DNA of 64,000 nucleotides from Octopus vulgaris (GCA_951406725.2 OX597826.1:12090001-12154000), one strand, 5' to 3'. Counted from the first letter of the stretch, positions 10,969-26,723 are shown. A program made the numbers and translations. The notes: generated by a model not told the origin, from the sequence alone.

Positions 10969-11458
10969 GTGGAGGTGCAATGGCCCAGTGGTTAGGGCAA
11001 CGGACACGCGTCGTAAGAACGCGGTTTCGATTCTCAGACCGGGCATTGTGAGTGTTTATTGAGCAAAAATACCTAAGCTCCCCGAGACTTTGGCGGTGGG
11101 GGGATCCCCGCTGTACTCTTTCACCACAACTTTCTCTCACTCTTTCTTCATTCTGCCACAAAGCAAAGGAACCATGGTGTAACCCACTATGGTGTGGTAA
11201 ACTTTCAGACCCTAGTCTAGATTGCGAATCCTCTGAACCCCAGGATGGTTCAGCTCTCCACCCGTTAAAAGCCACCGTTTACGGAATGAGGATAACAACA
11301 TACCTTTCGCACCCGTGCAACCGCCAGTCTATCGCGTATGGTGGGTGGATCTTCAAGTTGCCATATGTATTCTTAGTAGCTTAGAGTAGACTCGTATTAG
11401 AGATTATTCTTTGTGGCTAATGGCGGGAGTCCTGATTGAAAGAAGAAGAAGAAGAAGA
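10969..11458 (+). mobile_element. SINE family C, (GAA)n tail type
   Basis: Same head; different 3' half ending in GAAGAAGAA. Confidence 0.7.
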
Positions 11459-11579
11459 CAGCAGCTGTAGCAGCAACACCGTCATTATTATCGTTGTTAT
11501 ATATTTTATATTCTAGCTTGATTTCGCGGCATTTTTGTAACTAACCGAGTCTCCACCTGAGTACTAAAGCAGGCAACTA

Positions 11580-11710
11580 TGTTATAACGATAGAAATTTT
11601 CTCAAGGTGTGGGCTGTTGGGGTGAGTGCATTCTTTTGGACATCATGTATATTTAATTTTCTAGGTATTTTATCAATGAAGATTGAAGATTCTTCGTTAT
11701 CCATGCCTAA
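11580..11710 (-). mobile_element. RLE non-LTR 3' fragment
   Basis: IHDVQKNALTPTAHTLRKFL resembles the R4-type C-terminus; near (ATT)n. Confidence 0.55.
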
Positions 11711-11739
11711 TCTCCTCTTCCTCCTCCTCCTCCTCCTCA

Positions 11740-11788
<49 letters not shown>

Positions 11789-11790
<2 letters not shown>

Positions 11791-11985
11791 GGCGGCCAGC
11801 TGGCAGAATCGTTAGCACGCCGGGCGAAATACTTAGTGGTATTTCGTCTGTCTCTACGTTCTGAGCTCAAATCTCGCCGAGGTCAACTTTGCCTTTTATC
11901 CTTTCGGTGTCGACTAAATAAGTACCAGTTCCGCATTGGGGTCGATAAAACAGACTAGCCGCCTCCTCCAAAATTTCAGGCACTC
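11789..11985 (+). mobile_element. SINE family B variant
   Basis: B head and core, different 3' end. Confidence 0.8.
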
Positions 11986-12529
11986 TGAAGTCATCATCAG
12001 TAACACGGCCACAGACACAAACAACAGAAACATAAAACATTAAAAAATACAAATATATTACTCTAAACGAATACATCAAATCCCCGCATAACACCCCTAT
12101 TCACAATTAAAGAATAATAAATGAAGCAAAAAAAAAATAGAAAAGGATACATAAAAACAATGAAAGCGAAATATCTCAAAGGATGTTTTGCTTTCAGTTA
12201 TCCAATTTCTTTCGTTGCTCTGGAAGTCTCTATTCTGCCGGTTCGGATCTGTTTATGTTTTTATCCAACACTGCTTTGATCTTTTTGTTTTAGATCTTGC
12301 AGTACTTTCTGTCTCATGTCATGATTCCCTTGCAGTTCTTTCTTGTGTCTTTCCTTCACCCTTTCTCTTCTATGCTGTTGCTTGGTTCACTTTAGTGATC
12401 TCAAGCAACAGCAGGTCACACTTTTTACTGTGCATGTTATGCTTAGCAACAATATATTATAGAAGGAGGCCAGAATCTGGGAACAAAGATAGTGTAAAAT
12501 TTATAAAATTACAGTTTTGTAAGCGTTTT

Positions 12530-12810
12530 AAAAAAATCAGATGTTTTCATGGTGACAATCTTTCGTAGTTCTGATGTCCTGGGCTTTCCGGGAATTTGGC
12601 CTTAAATTGTGGTATTCTCCCCATAGCAGCGATAATGACAGGTACAGCTGTTCTTATGTACCCCATTCTTGAGTCTTCTATGTCGAAGTCCTTGTATTTA
12701 CTTAACTTTTGAAGTGCTTTTTACAGAAGTGCTGTAGACTGCTGAGCCTGAGATATCAATCAGCAAACACGATTTTATCAACTTAATTTTTTACCACAGT
12801 ATCCTAAGTT
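12530..12810 (-). mobile_element. RLE non-LTR 3' fragment, decayed
   Basis: LIDIS...KYKDFDIE...AVPVIIAAMG on the minus strand. Confidence 0.55.
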
Positions 12811-12984
12811 CATCATGGTGATTAATATACTCATTTTAGGCTAACAGAGCATCCGGAAACTAGACGGATCATTATAGTATTATTATTGTTGTTGTTGTTG
12901 TTGTTGCTATTGTTCATCATCATCATTGTTCGACCGTGGTCGAGACAATGGAATTTACCATGCTACGCCAGACTTCACGGTCCA

Positions 12985-13016
12985 TCATAGCATTACGGAG
13001 GTCCTGTTGCTATTAT

Positions 13017-13082
<66 letters not shown>

Positions 13083-13147
13083 CGACACCACTACTACTAC
13101 CACTACCACTACCACCACCACAACCACCACCACCACCACCACCACCA
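12985..13147. repeat. (CTA)n/(CCA)n array
   Basis: Direct reading. Confidence 0.9.
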
Positions 13148-13579
13148 ATTATTTTTTAGCTATGTCGATTTCAATCTCTTGAAACGGAGGCGTACAAAAG
13201 AATATTTTAGTCCAATTATTTAGCCAATGGTTCATGTACGTACATCACACTTTCTGTAAATTTATTGCAGATAGTTTGCCTTATAGCATAAATGTGTCGA
13301 GAAGTGAAGAACCGGATACGTAAAGTACGAATTAGTACGATGGAATCATATTTTATGAGATGATACAAATGTGAATTCTATGCAAGGTATACACGGTTTA
13401 CAGCTGTGTAGGCAGGAAGTTTCATTTTAATGAAATTACGATTTAATTTTCTTCCATAAACTAACAGCAGGCTAAAATTACCATCTCATGTTAAAATATT
13501 TTTGTTTTAGGCATAATTACAAATCCTCTCTGTTCTTTCTCAGCATATTTATACATATATATGCGTACGTTGATACATT

Positions 13580-13610
<31 letters not shown>

Positions 13611-13757
13611 ACATGAGCATATACACTCACACATACAATGCACGTATAACTGTATATATCATACATAGATATACATAGATATATATATATATACATTTAT
13701 TTATAAGCATATATGTATATATATATATATCCTTATATCTGCCTACCTACACACGCT

Positions 13758-13828
<71 letters not shown>

Positions 13829-15354
13829 CTATCTATCAATCAATCTATCAGTCTATCTATTGATGGTAGATAAATAATGAATTCTTTCTTTTTTCTTTTT
13901 TTCTTTATTTGTTACTTTCTTTCTTTCTTTCTGTATATATATATAAGGAGAGAGAGGAATTGTTAGAGATAGACACGCACATATACATATGTACATATAT
14001 ATATGTAATATATGTATATTGACTCACATATATATACATATATGCATGTTTTCATTGAGTGTGTATGTGTGTGTGTCCCAGTGTGTTTAAGTTTACGCAT
14101 GACTAGCTTTGCATGTTTAAAATTTTTTGAAAGTATTTATGATTCTGCTTTGTTTTTCGTTCCCCGAGTTTTCGGAGAGTCGCCTTAAGGAATCGGATCT
14201 CAAGTTCACGCAGAGTTCCGTTGGATAATCCCCAGCCTTACATACGCACACACGCATAGACAAATGCAGACATACACTCGCACACATGAATACACACACA
14301 CAATATTCATGTCCATATAATAGCGGATATCTCTCCAAGAGTTTGTATCTTTCATCTTCTACTTTCTTAATCATTAGACAGTGGCCAAGCTGGGGCACCA
14401 ACTCGGGTATAAAAATTATGTATATACACTTATATTCATATTCGCACACACCTTCAGCCTAACTCCAAGAATTCATCTCGGTGATTAAAAGACCTGCATA
14501 GATCAGCCAGTTACCTTTAAATCTTACTTAGTCATCTAACGTTACATTTGATAAAAGTATTATTAGATTCACGATTCCTGAAAACAAAGGACAGGATGCT
14601 TCTCATTGGAATGCTTTTAATGATGTATCAACTCAATCAACAGCGACTTGGGGCTAAACGGCAAACATAACCTACATGCGAAAACTTATATAATTACATC
14701 AAGTACATTATTTGAATTTTTACTTTCTTATAACACAGTTAATATACATTTCGTTGGTTGAGAAAACGCAATTTAGAACCGTGTCAATTTACTGCTTCTG
14801 AAGACATCAAAGAAGATACATTTGGCAGAGATCTGTTGCTCTATGCCTATGAATGTCTTCAAAGAATGTAAATGCTATCGAAACGCTGATGTAATGTTGG
14901 ACAATTTAATAGTCTTTTTGTTTTTCTTGGCAATAATTGCAATTAGTAACATTCTGACTGAAATTGTAAAATACTAAAACAATACGCATTATATCATAGA
15001 TTTCTACTTTGGTTATAATCTTGAATAAGAGTCAAAGCTTTTAGTTTTGGAGAAATTGTTAGAAGTTCTATCTGTTTCGTTTCGTTTTAATCGCCGGCAA
15101 TTTGTAATATGGACTACAATCGGTTCCACACTTGTGATCAGTTAAGTGAAGAAACCAACAACTACGAGTTTATATTTATCTAATTAAAAATATCTTCTTT
15201 TCTTTCCTGGTCATTAATTTCTTCTGATCATTAACATCTTCAAGAGTTTGTGAATTAAATGAGCAAAATGAAAGAATGTTTCAGTGTCATGGAAACACAG
15301 TGGAAGAGAGAGTATAGAGTTACCAATTTAAAATCAACATATATTGGTCTAGAA

Positions 15355-15540
15355 TACTGGCACAAGACCAGCAATTTTCGAGGGGGGGCGGCAGTCGATG
15401 ACACAGACTCCATTGCCCAACTCGAATGTATTTTATAGACTCCGAAAGGTTGAAAGGCTAAATAAGTGGAGGTAAAGACGGACGAAGTGCTCCTAAGTAT
15501 TTTGTCCGGCGTGCTAACAGCTGTGCCAGATCTCTCACTT
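15355..15540 (-). mobile_element. SINE family B, diverged
   Basis: CCGAAAGG..GAAAGGC, GTCCGGCGTGCTAAC. Confidence 0.6.
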
Positions 15541-15974
15541 AAGATCGACATACATTAAATCCTGTTTGGGCTAGCACATCGCTATAGTTCCTGAAGATAC
15601 ATGAAGAAGATTGAATAACAAATCTATCTACGACGTAGCAATTCAAATCCTCATTCACGTTAATTGGTACTCAGATTTCCCTTTGGTTACTGAGCATTTA
15701 GAAGTGAATATTAAAAATGCTAATTGTAAAGAGATTTAAATATCCGAGACACTCTTCAGTCAATCAATAATGTCGCACCTCCAAAATAGAAGTAATGGGC
15801 TGCGTAATAACCCCACCCCACGCATACACAAGCCCACACTCATACACAAACACGCACAAACACAAACACACCAGACGAAAAGAAGACAAAAGAAATTTCC
15901 TTAACACATCTGTTATGATTCGTCACAATTGTTTCTGTACGAACTCAATTTGCAACGGCAGCACTCCTTTGATT

Positions 15975-16059
15975 CATGCCTGATGAAGTGCCCCTCTCAA
16001 GTCTAAAACTGCAAACATTACGTAAATTTTCACTTCGAATGTTTGCGTAAACTAGCATG
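15975..16059 (+). ncRNA. degenerate hammerhead-like motif with long stem II
   Basis: CATGC-CTGATGA...GCAAACATT/AATGTTTGC...TAAA-C-TA-GCATG; G12 missing. Confidence 0.35.
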
Positions 16060-16344
16060 CAGGTAGAATTGATTCAGACACAATTCTAATGAAACATTAA
16101 AGATATGTTAAAATATTTTCTTTGTCATCTACATATCATTTGGATTATTTACTTTTCGCCATAATCACTCGGATTTTCAACACTTGAGGAATTCCGGCTT
16201 TGGCCTGGAAGCCGACAGTATTTATAGCCCATAATTCGGGTCGTGTGCTTTTCCGGAAATACCATAACTTTATACCGGATCAGGATCTTACACACACACA
16301 CACACACATACGCACACATACATTATTATATCTCTATATCTCCC

Positions 16345-16513
<169 letters not shown>

Positions 16514-16540
16514 TCCAGTCAGTCTGTTCGTATACACACA

Positions 16541-16705
16541 TAGGCATTGGAATAACTCTGTGGTAAGTAGCTTGCTTACCAACCACATCGTTCCTGGTTC
16601 AGTCCCACTACGTGACACCTTGGGCAAAGTGTCTTCTACTATACTCTCGGGCAGACCAAAGCCTCGTGAATGGATTTGATAGACGGAAACTGAAAGAAAC
16701 CCGTC

Positions 16706-16745
<40 letters not shown>

Positions 16746-16918
16746 GTATGTGTGTGTATATTTTTGTATGTCTGAGTTTGTCCCCCCAATATCTCTTGTG
16801 TATTTACGTCCCCGTTAGAATAAGTACTAGGCTTACGAAGAATAAGTTCTAGGGTCGATTTGCTCTACCAAAGGCGGTGCTCCAGCATGGCCGCAGTCAA
16901 ATGACTGAAACAAGAAAA
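16541..16918 (+). mobile_element. SINE family A (internal deletion); diverged copy follows at ~16995-17230
   Basis: Similarity to other copies. Confidence 0.85.
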
Positions 16919-16923
16919 TATAC

Positions 16924-16995
<72 letters not shown>

Positions 16996-17247
16996 GCGCA
17001 GGCGAGGAAAGTGGTTTTGCTTCCCAACTATATGGATCCTCATTTTTCCTCTGTATGGCACCTTGGGTCATCTACTATAGCCCCGCATCGACCAAAGCCT
17101 TCTGAGTGGATTTTTTGAGGGAAACTGAAAGACGTCAGTCACATACAATGTTGATATGGTTATGTCCACCGTAATTGAGTGGTTCGGAGAAAAACTCCCG
17201 ATAGAATAAATAACAGATTTACAAAATGTAAGAATGTATGTATGTAT

Positions 17248-17455
17248 AAAAGGGGGTGTCCTGAAAATTTCATGGCTTAGGCTAAAAGAAAATGCAGAAG
17301 ATTCAGTTAATTATGATTTTATTCAACGAATTAGCGTTTCAGATTTACACACTTATTACACACTTCCTTCGGTTTTTCTGTAAAAGAACTCGGAAGATCG
17401 GGCCTCCAATCATGCCTTTCACGACACCCTCAATGTCAAGAACTTTTCAGTATAT
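17248..17455. mobile_element. mariner-derived MITE remnant
   Basis: GGGGGTGTCCTGAAAATTTCATGGC ... GTCAAGAACTTTTCAG; related to 31116-31320. Confidence 0.55.
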
Positions 17456-17485
17456 TTACACACACACACGCATACGAACACACAC

Positions 17486-17533
<48 letters not shown>

Positions 17534-17794
17534 GCGCGCGCACATGCACACACACATATAAATATACGTGTCGTGTGTGCAATTTCTGTTAAACTATCCA
17601 TTGCTCAATACGCCATTTCATGACCGCCAGTTCGGAACGAAACAAGAAGCAACGAAACAAACTCAGATACACGCGTATATCGACACACGTATGCGAAAAC
17701 GCGTACACAATTGTACGTATATGCGTACGTATAAAGCGTGTATATATTGATAAATGTTTTCATGTACTTAATGTGTGTGTGTCTCTGTGTGGAT

Positions 17795-18652
<858 letters not shown>

Positions 18653-19203
18653 AGTGTGTGCGCGTGCATAAATAATTTATGATAACCTGTAGGAATTGAA
18701 TCACCTGGCTTTTTTCTAAATATGTTTTTATCTCGTTCGTTTTAACCTCTCAATTTAACAAACACCGCTCGTATATCTTTTTATAATGTTTTCCCTTCAA
18801 CCCACGCACATGTTGAATGACTTTAAAGGAGAAGAGCGTAATGAAAAAGCCACAACTGAAACTCACAATTAGATTAAGCGGTTCTTTATCAACATTAAAA
18901 CAGCAACCCTTTTGGCAATATTTTATCTATGAACATCGCTTTGCACTTTTGTTGACTGCTTAACATGATATTGTCAAAGTCGATATGCTTCATAGATATT
19001 TCTTTTACAGGTATTATGTGACACACACGATGTAATTACATTTATAACTGCCACCACTATCACCGTCATGACGACGACGACGACCACCACCACCACAACC
19101 CCCATCACCTCCGCCATTACTACTACCACCACCAGCAATAACAGCAACGACAACACCACCATCACTGCCATATACGCCATGTTGGTACTACTGATAATGA
19201 ATT

Positions 19204-19237
<34 letters not shown>

Positions 19238-19854
19238 CCGCCATTATCATTTCCATCACTTTGACCACGGCCGCCACCATCAACACCACCACCAACACCA
19301 CCACGACCACGACCACCACCACCAAGAACCTCCACCACAACCATCACCACTACTACTTTTAACTGTACCTATCTATCTACTAGTTAAAGAATACACTTAT
19401 ATCTTTCCTCTTGGCACAAAAGTAGAGATCTAGAATTTAAAGTTTGTATTCCATGAATCGAAATATATTCAGTCGATAGTTTACGGTTTCGGATTTTTCA
19501 CAAACATACAGACCGATTCTACTTTTAAGGGATGGTTTCATGCCATATATATATATTGAAGATCGCCGTGATCAAAGACGATACCTCCGTAGTATTAAGC
19601 TCCTGTGACCAATTACTTTAATGTGGAATATATAATTTGGAACTAAATCTGACTTAAAAAATAACGAAGGTGACACAGATCTTAGATTGAATGCAGGCCG
19701 ACCATATTGTACAAATTCCCAGAATGCATATATATCAGAGCAGTAGAGATTGAAATGTTCTGCATAGGAAAAAGAAAAAAACGAACAAACACAAAAATCA
19801 AGAAAAAACCCAGATAATGAACTGACAGAACAATAATGAGTTTTTATATATATA

Positions 19855-20263
19855 GGCGCAGGAGTGGCTGTGTGGTAAGTAGCTTCTTTACCAACCACAT
19901 GGTTCCGGGTTCAGTCCCACTGCGTGGCACCTTGGGCATGTGTGTTCTACTATAGCCTCGGGCCAACCAAAGCCTTGTTAGTGGATTTGGTAGACGGAAA
20001 CTGAAAAGAAGCCCGTCGTATATATGTATATATATATGTATGTGTGTGTGTGTTTGTCTGTATGTGTTTGTCCCCCTAGCATTGCTTGACAACCGATGCT
20101 GGTGTGTTTATGTCCCTGTTACTTAACGGTTCGGCAAAAGAGACCGATAGAATAAGTACTGGGCTTACAAAAGAATATGTCCCGGGGTCGAGTTGCTCGA
20201 TTACAGGCGGTGCTCCAGCATGGTCGCAGTCAAATGACTGAAACAAGTAAAAGAGTAAAAGAG
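19855..20263 (+). mobile_element. SINE family A, full length
   Basis: GGCGCAGGAGTGGCTGTGTGG...AAGTAAAAGAGTAAAAGAG. Confidence 0.9.
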
Positions 20264-20274
20264 TATATATATAT

Positions 20275-20545
20275 ATATTAATAAATGGAGTTTAACGCAA
20301 GTGTAATTCAAATACTTTTACTTCCGACACATGTTTCGAAACATCTGTCGGAAGTAAAAGTATTTGAATTATACCTGCGTTAAACTCCATTTATTAATAT
20401 ATTTATTATACAAAAACTTTCACGTAAACGCAAGGTTTCTACCTTTAAAAACAAGGAGTTTTTAACCTCTTTACTTGTGTGATTTTTGCAACCCTGGTAA
20501 CTATTTATCTATTTTTTCCGTGTGAATTGTTAGCAAGGGAAAAAT
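20275..20545. mobile_element. spacer-less fold-back PLE-like element
   Basis: Palindrome 20275-20400 centred at 20337/8 (TTTC|GAAA); arms start GAAA-CATSTG-TC-GGAAG (3' half of an HHR); tail on right. Confidence 0.75.
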
Positions 20546-20567
20546 ACACACATCTCTCTCTCTCACT

Positions 20568-20648
<81 letters not shown>

Positions 20649-21684
20649 TGTATATATATGTATATATATATATGTTTATATGTATACACACATACGCACA
20701 CGCGCACACACATATATATTAAAATAGAATATGAATATGCCAAACATTTGGCATCCCTCGAAAAAATAACATTTAAATAAACATATCTTCGATCGTCATG
20801 CAACTACCAAATACATTGTGTTCTTTCTCGTCTTTCCTTCGGTTCTCGTCGAACTGGTAACTACTATATTCTTGATTGGGTATATTCTTCATTTCTATAT
20901 TTTCATATTAATCTCTTACTAATGGCAGAATACTTAGCTTTTGCTGAATCCTTACTTAATATCATCATCCATTTTCTTGGCTATTCTAGAAACAGCTGTA
21001 AAGACTTTACCTATTTATCATATCTACTCTGTACTATGTTTATATTATTTATTTAAGCCACATGCTTTTCGAGTGTTTTTCTTATTCCTTTATAAAATTC
21101 TATTCTAATCTATATCTACCCTCTCAAGGAGAAATTATTTTAAGATTTAATCCTAAATCTACTCCCATAATATAACGTTAATGGAAATATCTTAAATAAC
21201 CTATTTTTACATACTGCTGTAACAAGGATGACGTTGCTATTGAAAATTAAAATTATCTAAAGTATTATTGGATGGTTTCATATAATATGATTATAAATGC
21301 TGAAAAATAAAGCATTTTTCTAACGAGAGATGTAAGTGAAACACGAAAAGTATGGCTTAATATATATAATGTTTTTGGATTATCTTCTGTCTTTGTTGTT
21401 TTACTCTACGCATTCCTCATGCTGTTATCAACATTTTATCGCCGTAAGTTATATCTGAACTCTTCACTCTAAAAATCATTGCTATCAATTTCATTGTGAA
21501 GATAATTCGCTGTGGGCTAGAAATAACAATATCTTAGGAGTCAAGTGTAATTGGGTTTGTTACGTACAGTTATCTTTCCTTGAGTTCAATATTAATGTTT
21601 TTTTTTTAGAGATGGTAGTAATGGTAATGTTGTATGTTATAAGATATGGAAAATCCAAGCATTGTTATCTTCCAATATATATAC

Positions 21685-21717
<33 letters not shown>

Positions 21718-21855
21718 CCGCACGTATATGTAAACACATTGTATGTATGTATGTATGTGAATATATATATATATATACATATATATACATACATATATAT
21801 ATTTACATACATACATACGTACATACATACGTACATACATACATGCATGCATACA

Positions 21856-21886
<31 letters not shown>

Positions 21887-24133
21887 TCGGATCGATAATA
21901 TCGAATAAACTGGTACATCAGAGGTGTGATGTTCTTAGTCAAAATATGAATGATGACGTTTGAAATGAAAATAAAAAGCTATTATAAGAAACATGATGTA
22001 GAATTATGTATAGATACCAATCACTATTGGATTTCGATTATTCTTTATCATGTTTCTACTTTCTTTCTATAACTTTTTATAGTCATTTTTGCGACGGTCT
22101 TGTGTATTTGATTAACCTAACACACTTTCTACTACGTTATCTTGTATAATCATATTCTGTGTTGTTTGAGCACCACAGTAAGGTATTCTAATTTGTCAGG
22201 ATTCTTACGGCTTTAATTCCAGATTTTCGAGCTTGAAAATGAATCACTCAAACACAAAAGTAGACTAAAATTAGAGACTATCAGACAGTTACCTAGTGGG
22301 TAATATTTTATATTTACGGACGATGAACTCACACAAAATTAAGTCTTTTAACAACTTTCATGATGCGAGCTAGATCTTCTGTAAATTATTCAAAGACACT
22401 TATTTTCTTCATTTTAATCTTTTCCATTGAGTTACATTATTTTGGCTACCTTCTATAGCCAGACAGGCGACTAAAATATATGAGATAATTACTTTAGTTG
22501 AATGCCAACGCTCGGACAATGACCTACGAGTCTGGATATTTTATTTTCGTCAAGTACTTTCTAAATACTATTTTTATTTTAAAGATGTTTGGTAAGGAAT
22601 CCATTTATTTTAAAATACAGAATTTTTTTTTTGCTCCCTCTCTGTTATATGACACACAAATAGTGACGAACAGTTAACTCGATAAAAAATGTACTCACTA
22701 GAGAATCCGTGACTATAGAAAGCAGAGAAGGCATTAATGTAGAATTGAACATGTTATGCTGAGAACTATTATACATATACAAAATGTTTTTCTAATTATT
22801 GATAACTCGAATATCTTCATCGCAAAAAAGTTATCATTTATCTATATTTTACTGTCCCTCATATATTCAAGATAAACATAATTCTATTTAGGTTCAACAA
22901 AGCTACATCTATAGACAGTCATATTGCAAGTGCAAGCAGTTATGATTAAATTATCCAGAACAACCTCTGCTTTCAATAGTTTTATTATCTTCCCGTTGTC
23001 ATCTAAAAGTACACAAATCTATTTTGTACGTATGCTTCTTCACCATTACTACTACGCTTGGCTTCCATGATTCGAAATAATTACAGATGGTTAACTGATG
23101 ATTGCACAAATAAAAAGATAAATAGCAAGAAGAAATAGAAACTCTACTGAACTTTATTCAGTCTTGTTGACTCCTTATATATATTTATGAAATTACAATG
23201 GCACTCCCCTAAAATATTTTTCATAGATGACGGATCCGGTAAAAAAATTAATGATCATAAACCTTACACATGATCACTTTTGTGCGTCTATATCGCAAAA
23301 GAAGCACTGTTAGGCAAAACGTTTGAAAACATATATAATCCACAGATAAAGAGCCCTTATAATATTGTTAAATGAGGTGCTCGGTTTATATATATATAAT
23401 ATATAATATATAATGCATACGAACACCAAATTGTGTACTTTTCTCTCCGAAACAGGAACTTAATGCCCAGCATGTTGTAGGTCATACTGGAAACTGTTAT
23501 ACTATATCAGAAACTGATATACTATATCAGAAACTATTATACTATATCACTTAATTGCTTTTGCTTCCAAATTTTTCCGACACTTCAGCATTGTTTCCTT
23601 TATCTTGTTGGTGACTTAAATGTCCATCTTCCATATAACGTGGAATTCTAAGCGAATGACCGGGATGAAAGCTTATTGTCTTTGCATTAGTGATTTAGAT
23701 ACCAAAGTTTCTAGAAGAGATAAGGGGATAAAATTGACTCTTCAAAATACGGACATACAGAATTTGCCACGTTTATTAATATCAGTCATTTGCTGCAAGG
23801 TGTGATTCTTACATATAACATCAGCTGAAAAACAGCACTTTGTCTATTCTGGAAAGCAGTGATGATTAAATTTTACATTTATCAAGTAGTGATCTAAAAT
23901 AATTTTAGTCATATAAATTAATATAATTCTTGCTTCAATGAAATTTATGTCAAGTTTGTTAGGCTTTGTGGTTTATATATATATATATATAGTCAATAAT
24001 AATAAGAGTAAAATTAATTAATTATTAATTAATAATTTACCAAGTAGTGTTGAGTATATAAAAAGACCATTTACGGTATATTTAAAACATTATGTTATAT
24101 AATTAGGGTAATTTTTTTTGCTGAACTCTAATT

Positions 24134-24177
<44 letters not shown>

Positions 24178-24922
24178 CTATGTACGTATGTATATATACA
24201 TACCTATATGTATATATAAACCATAAAGAGTAACAAACTACACATAAATTTCATTGAAGCAAGAATTATATTTATTCATAAAACTATTTTGCAAAAGTAT
24301 ATATATATATATCTATATGTGTGTGTGTGGGGTGTATGTATGTATATTTGTGTATGTATGCGTATATGTATATATGTTAGTTTATACCCCACTCCACACG
24401 AATATATATATACATATGTACATCCACAAACTTACGCATGCGCTTACATCATATACACATTGCCATAGACGCATATATACCACATCATGCTGTATCATGT
24501 AAATCAAAGGTAACTGTGAAATATCTTTAGCTTCCCATTAACACACATCAAATTTAATTGAAGGTTGCTTCTTTAAATAGAATTTGAAATTCCACCAATA
24601 CTAAGAGTTGAAGCATTTTTTAAGACTTTCTGATTGTCTTTGTCTTTTCGGGTGTCAAAATGTTCCCTTTTTGGTTTGTTATTGGAAATGTTACAACACA
24701 TTTTCATGATTCTTTCATTATTTGAACTACATTTCAAGCGTTGTCTCTATTCAAGGATTACTTTTACAAATATATGGAAACATCTGTATTCTCATTTTAT
24801 TATTTGAATAATTTATAAGTTTGAATTCCTGCATGATATATATATATCGCATTGAAACTACATTTTCCAAAATGCATGACGTTGTTGCATTTACAAAAAT
24901 ATTTTCCAGCAATTTAGAAAAT

Positions 24923-25029
24923 TCCCATCGTCTCTCCTTCCTTTATCTCTTCAGTTGCACATTCGTATTCTTTTAGTTCTGCTTAGTGTGGAAACACAAA
25001 CTCACACGGATACAGCTACCTATGTATGC

Positions 25030-25118
<89 letters not shown>

Positions 25119-25594
25119 CGCAGGAGTGGCTGTGTGGTAAGTAGCTTGCTAACCAACCACATGGTTCCGGGTTCAGTCCACTGCGTGGCATCTTGGGCAA
25201 GTGTCTTCTGCTATAGCCCCGGGCCGACCAATGCCTTGTGAGTGGATTTGGTAGACGGAAACTGAAAGAAGCCTGTCGTATATATGTATATATATGTATG
25301 TGTGTGTGTCTGTGTTTGTCCCCCTAGCATTGCTTGACAACCGATGCTGGTGTGTTTACGTCCCCGTCACTTAGCGGTTCGGCAAAAGAGACCGATAGAA
25401 TAAGTACTGGGCTTACAAAGAATAAGTCCCGGGGTCGATTTGCTCGACTAAAGGTGGTGCTCCAGCATGGCCGCAGTCAAATGACTGAAACAAGTAAAAA
25501 AGAAAAAAAAAAAAAAAGAATATATATATATATATATATCATATATATATCATATATATGTGTGTATGCATAGGTAACTATCGTTTGTCTTTTA

Positions 25595-25653
<59 letters not shown>

Positions 25654-25730
25654 ATTCAGCTGAATTAGGCACTTAAATTGAGGCACGTTGTCAGGTCGGA
25701 GTAATATGCACATCCAGACAATATCAAAAA
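24923..25730 (+). repeat. local duplication, copy 1 (copy 2 at ~27483-27886)
   Basis: Shared CCCATCGTCTCTCC...GGATACAGCTACCTATG and AAGATTCAGCTGAATTAGG...CAATATCAA blocks. Confidence 0.85.
25117..25500 (+). mobile_element. SINE family A, full length
   Basis: Consensus head and tail. Confidence 0.9.
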
Positions 25731-26454
25731 GAATCTTGCAAACCAAATCCCAAAACGAAATTTATGACAGGAGTTATTTCAAAAAACAGATCGAATATGT
25801 TTGACAGCCTTTTATAACTCACGCACATTTGGAATCCTGCTCAATAATTGCTGTAGCAGAAACCTTTGACGTTGTCTGTAAAAACACATTTTTAATCGTT
25901 TAACGCAAGAAGGAAGTACAGGGTCCGTGAAAGTCAGTAATTTCAATGAAGAAATGCAAGCAAGATATAGAAAGTAATGTGTTTCTTATCCATCATTACC
26001 ATGTAGTACCCAGTTCAATAAATTTGCAACATACTCCGGAATTTTCGATAAATAACAAGAGAATAATTTATATTTCGAATAACGAAGTATAAGAAGCATT
26101 AAAATGAACCATTAAAATAACAGCAATTCTAATGTAAGTAATACTGACAAACATCGTAGTTTCCATACGTAAAGTAGAGAAACTAATGAGTATTTAAATA
26201 CTAAACGTATTTAAAAACATTTTCAAAGAATAAATATTTAATAAGAAATGTAAAATATATATTTATCACTAGAATTAGAAAAAAAAGTCAGAAAGGGAAA
26301 GTAAAAGAATATCAAGAACGGTTTTATTTTCTTTCTTCTTCCTTTTGTCTTTGGTTACTTCTCCCACACTAGCTTTTTCTCTCAGTTCACCATACTTCCT
26401 CATTTTTGGGTCATATATGCTTGCTTACTCTATGATACTTTTACTTACTTACTT

Positions 26455-26671
26455 TTTTACTTTTTACTTGTTTCAGTCATGTGACTGTGGCCATGCTGGA
26501 ACACCGCCTTTAGTCGAGCAAATCGACCCCAGGACTTATTCTTTGTAAGCCTGGTACTTATTCTATCTGTCTCTTTTGCCGAACCACTAAGTTACGGGGA
26601 CGTAAACACACCAGCATCGGTTGTCAAGCGATGTTGGAGGGACAAACGCAGACACACAAACATATACACGC

Positions 26672-26723
<52 letters not shown>

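Noticed and set aside
10485-11384. 110-188 aa ORFs
   Set aside because: Chance frames through GC-richer family C SINEs
15588-15620. CTGAAGA box
   Set aside because: No stem II/GAAA/stem I arrangement; chance match
23490-23549. 20 bp unit repeated three times
   Set aside because: Simple tandem repeat without spacers; not CRISPR-like
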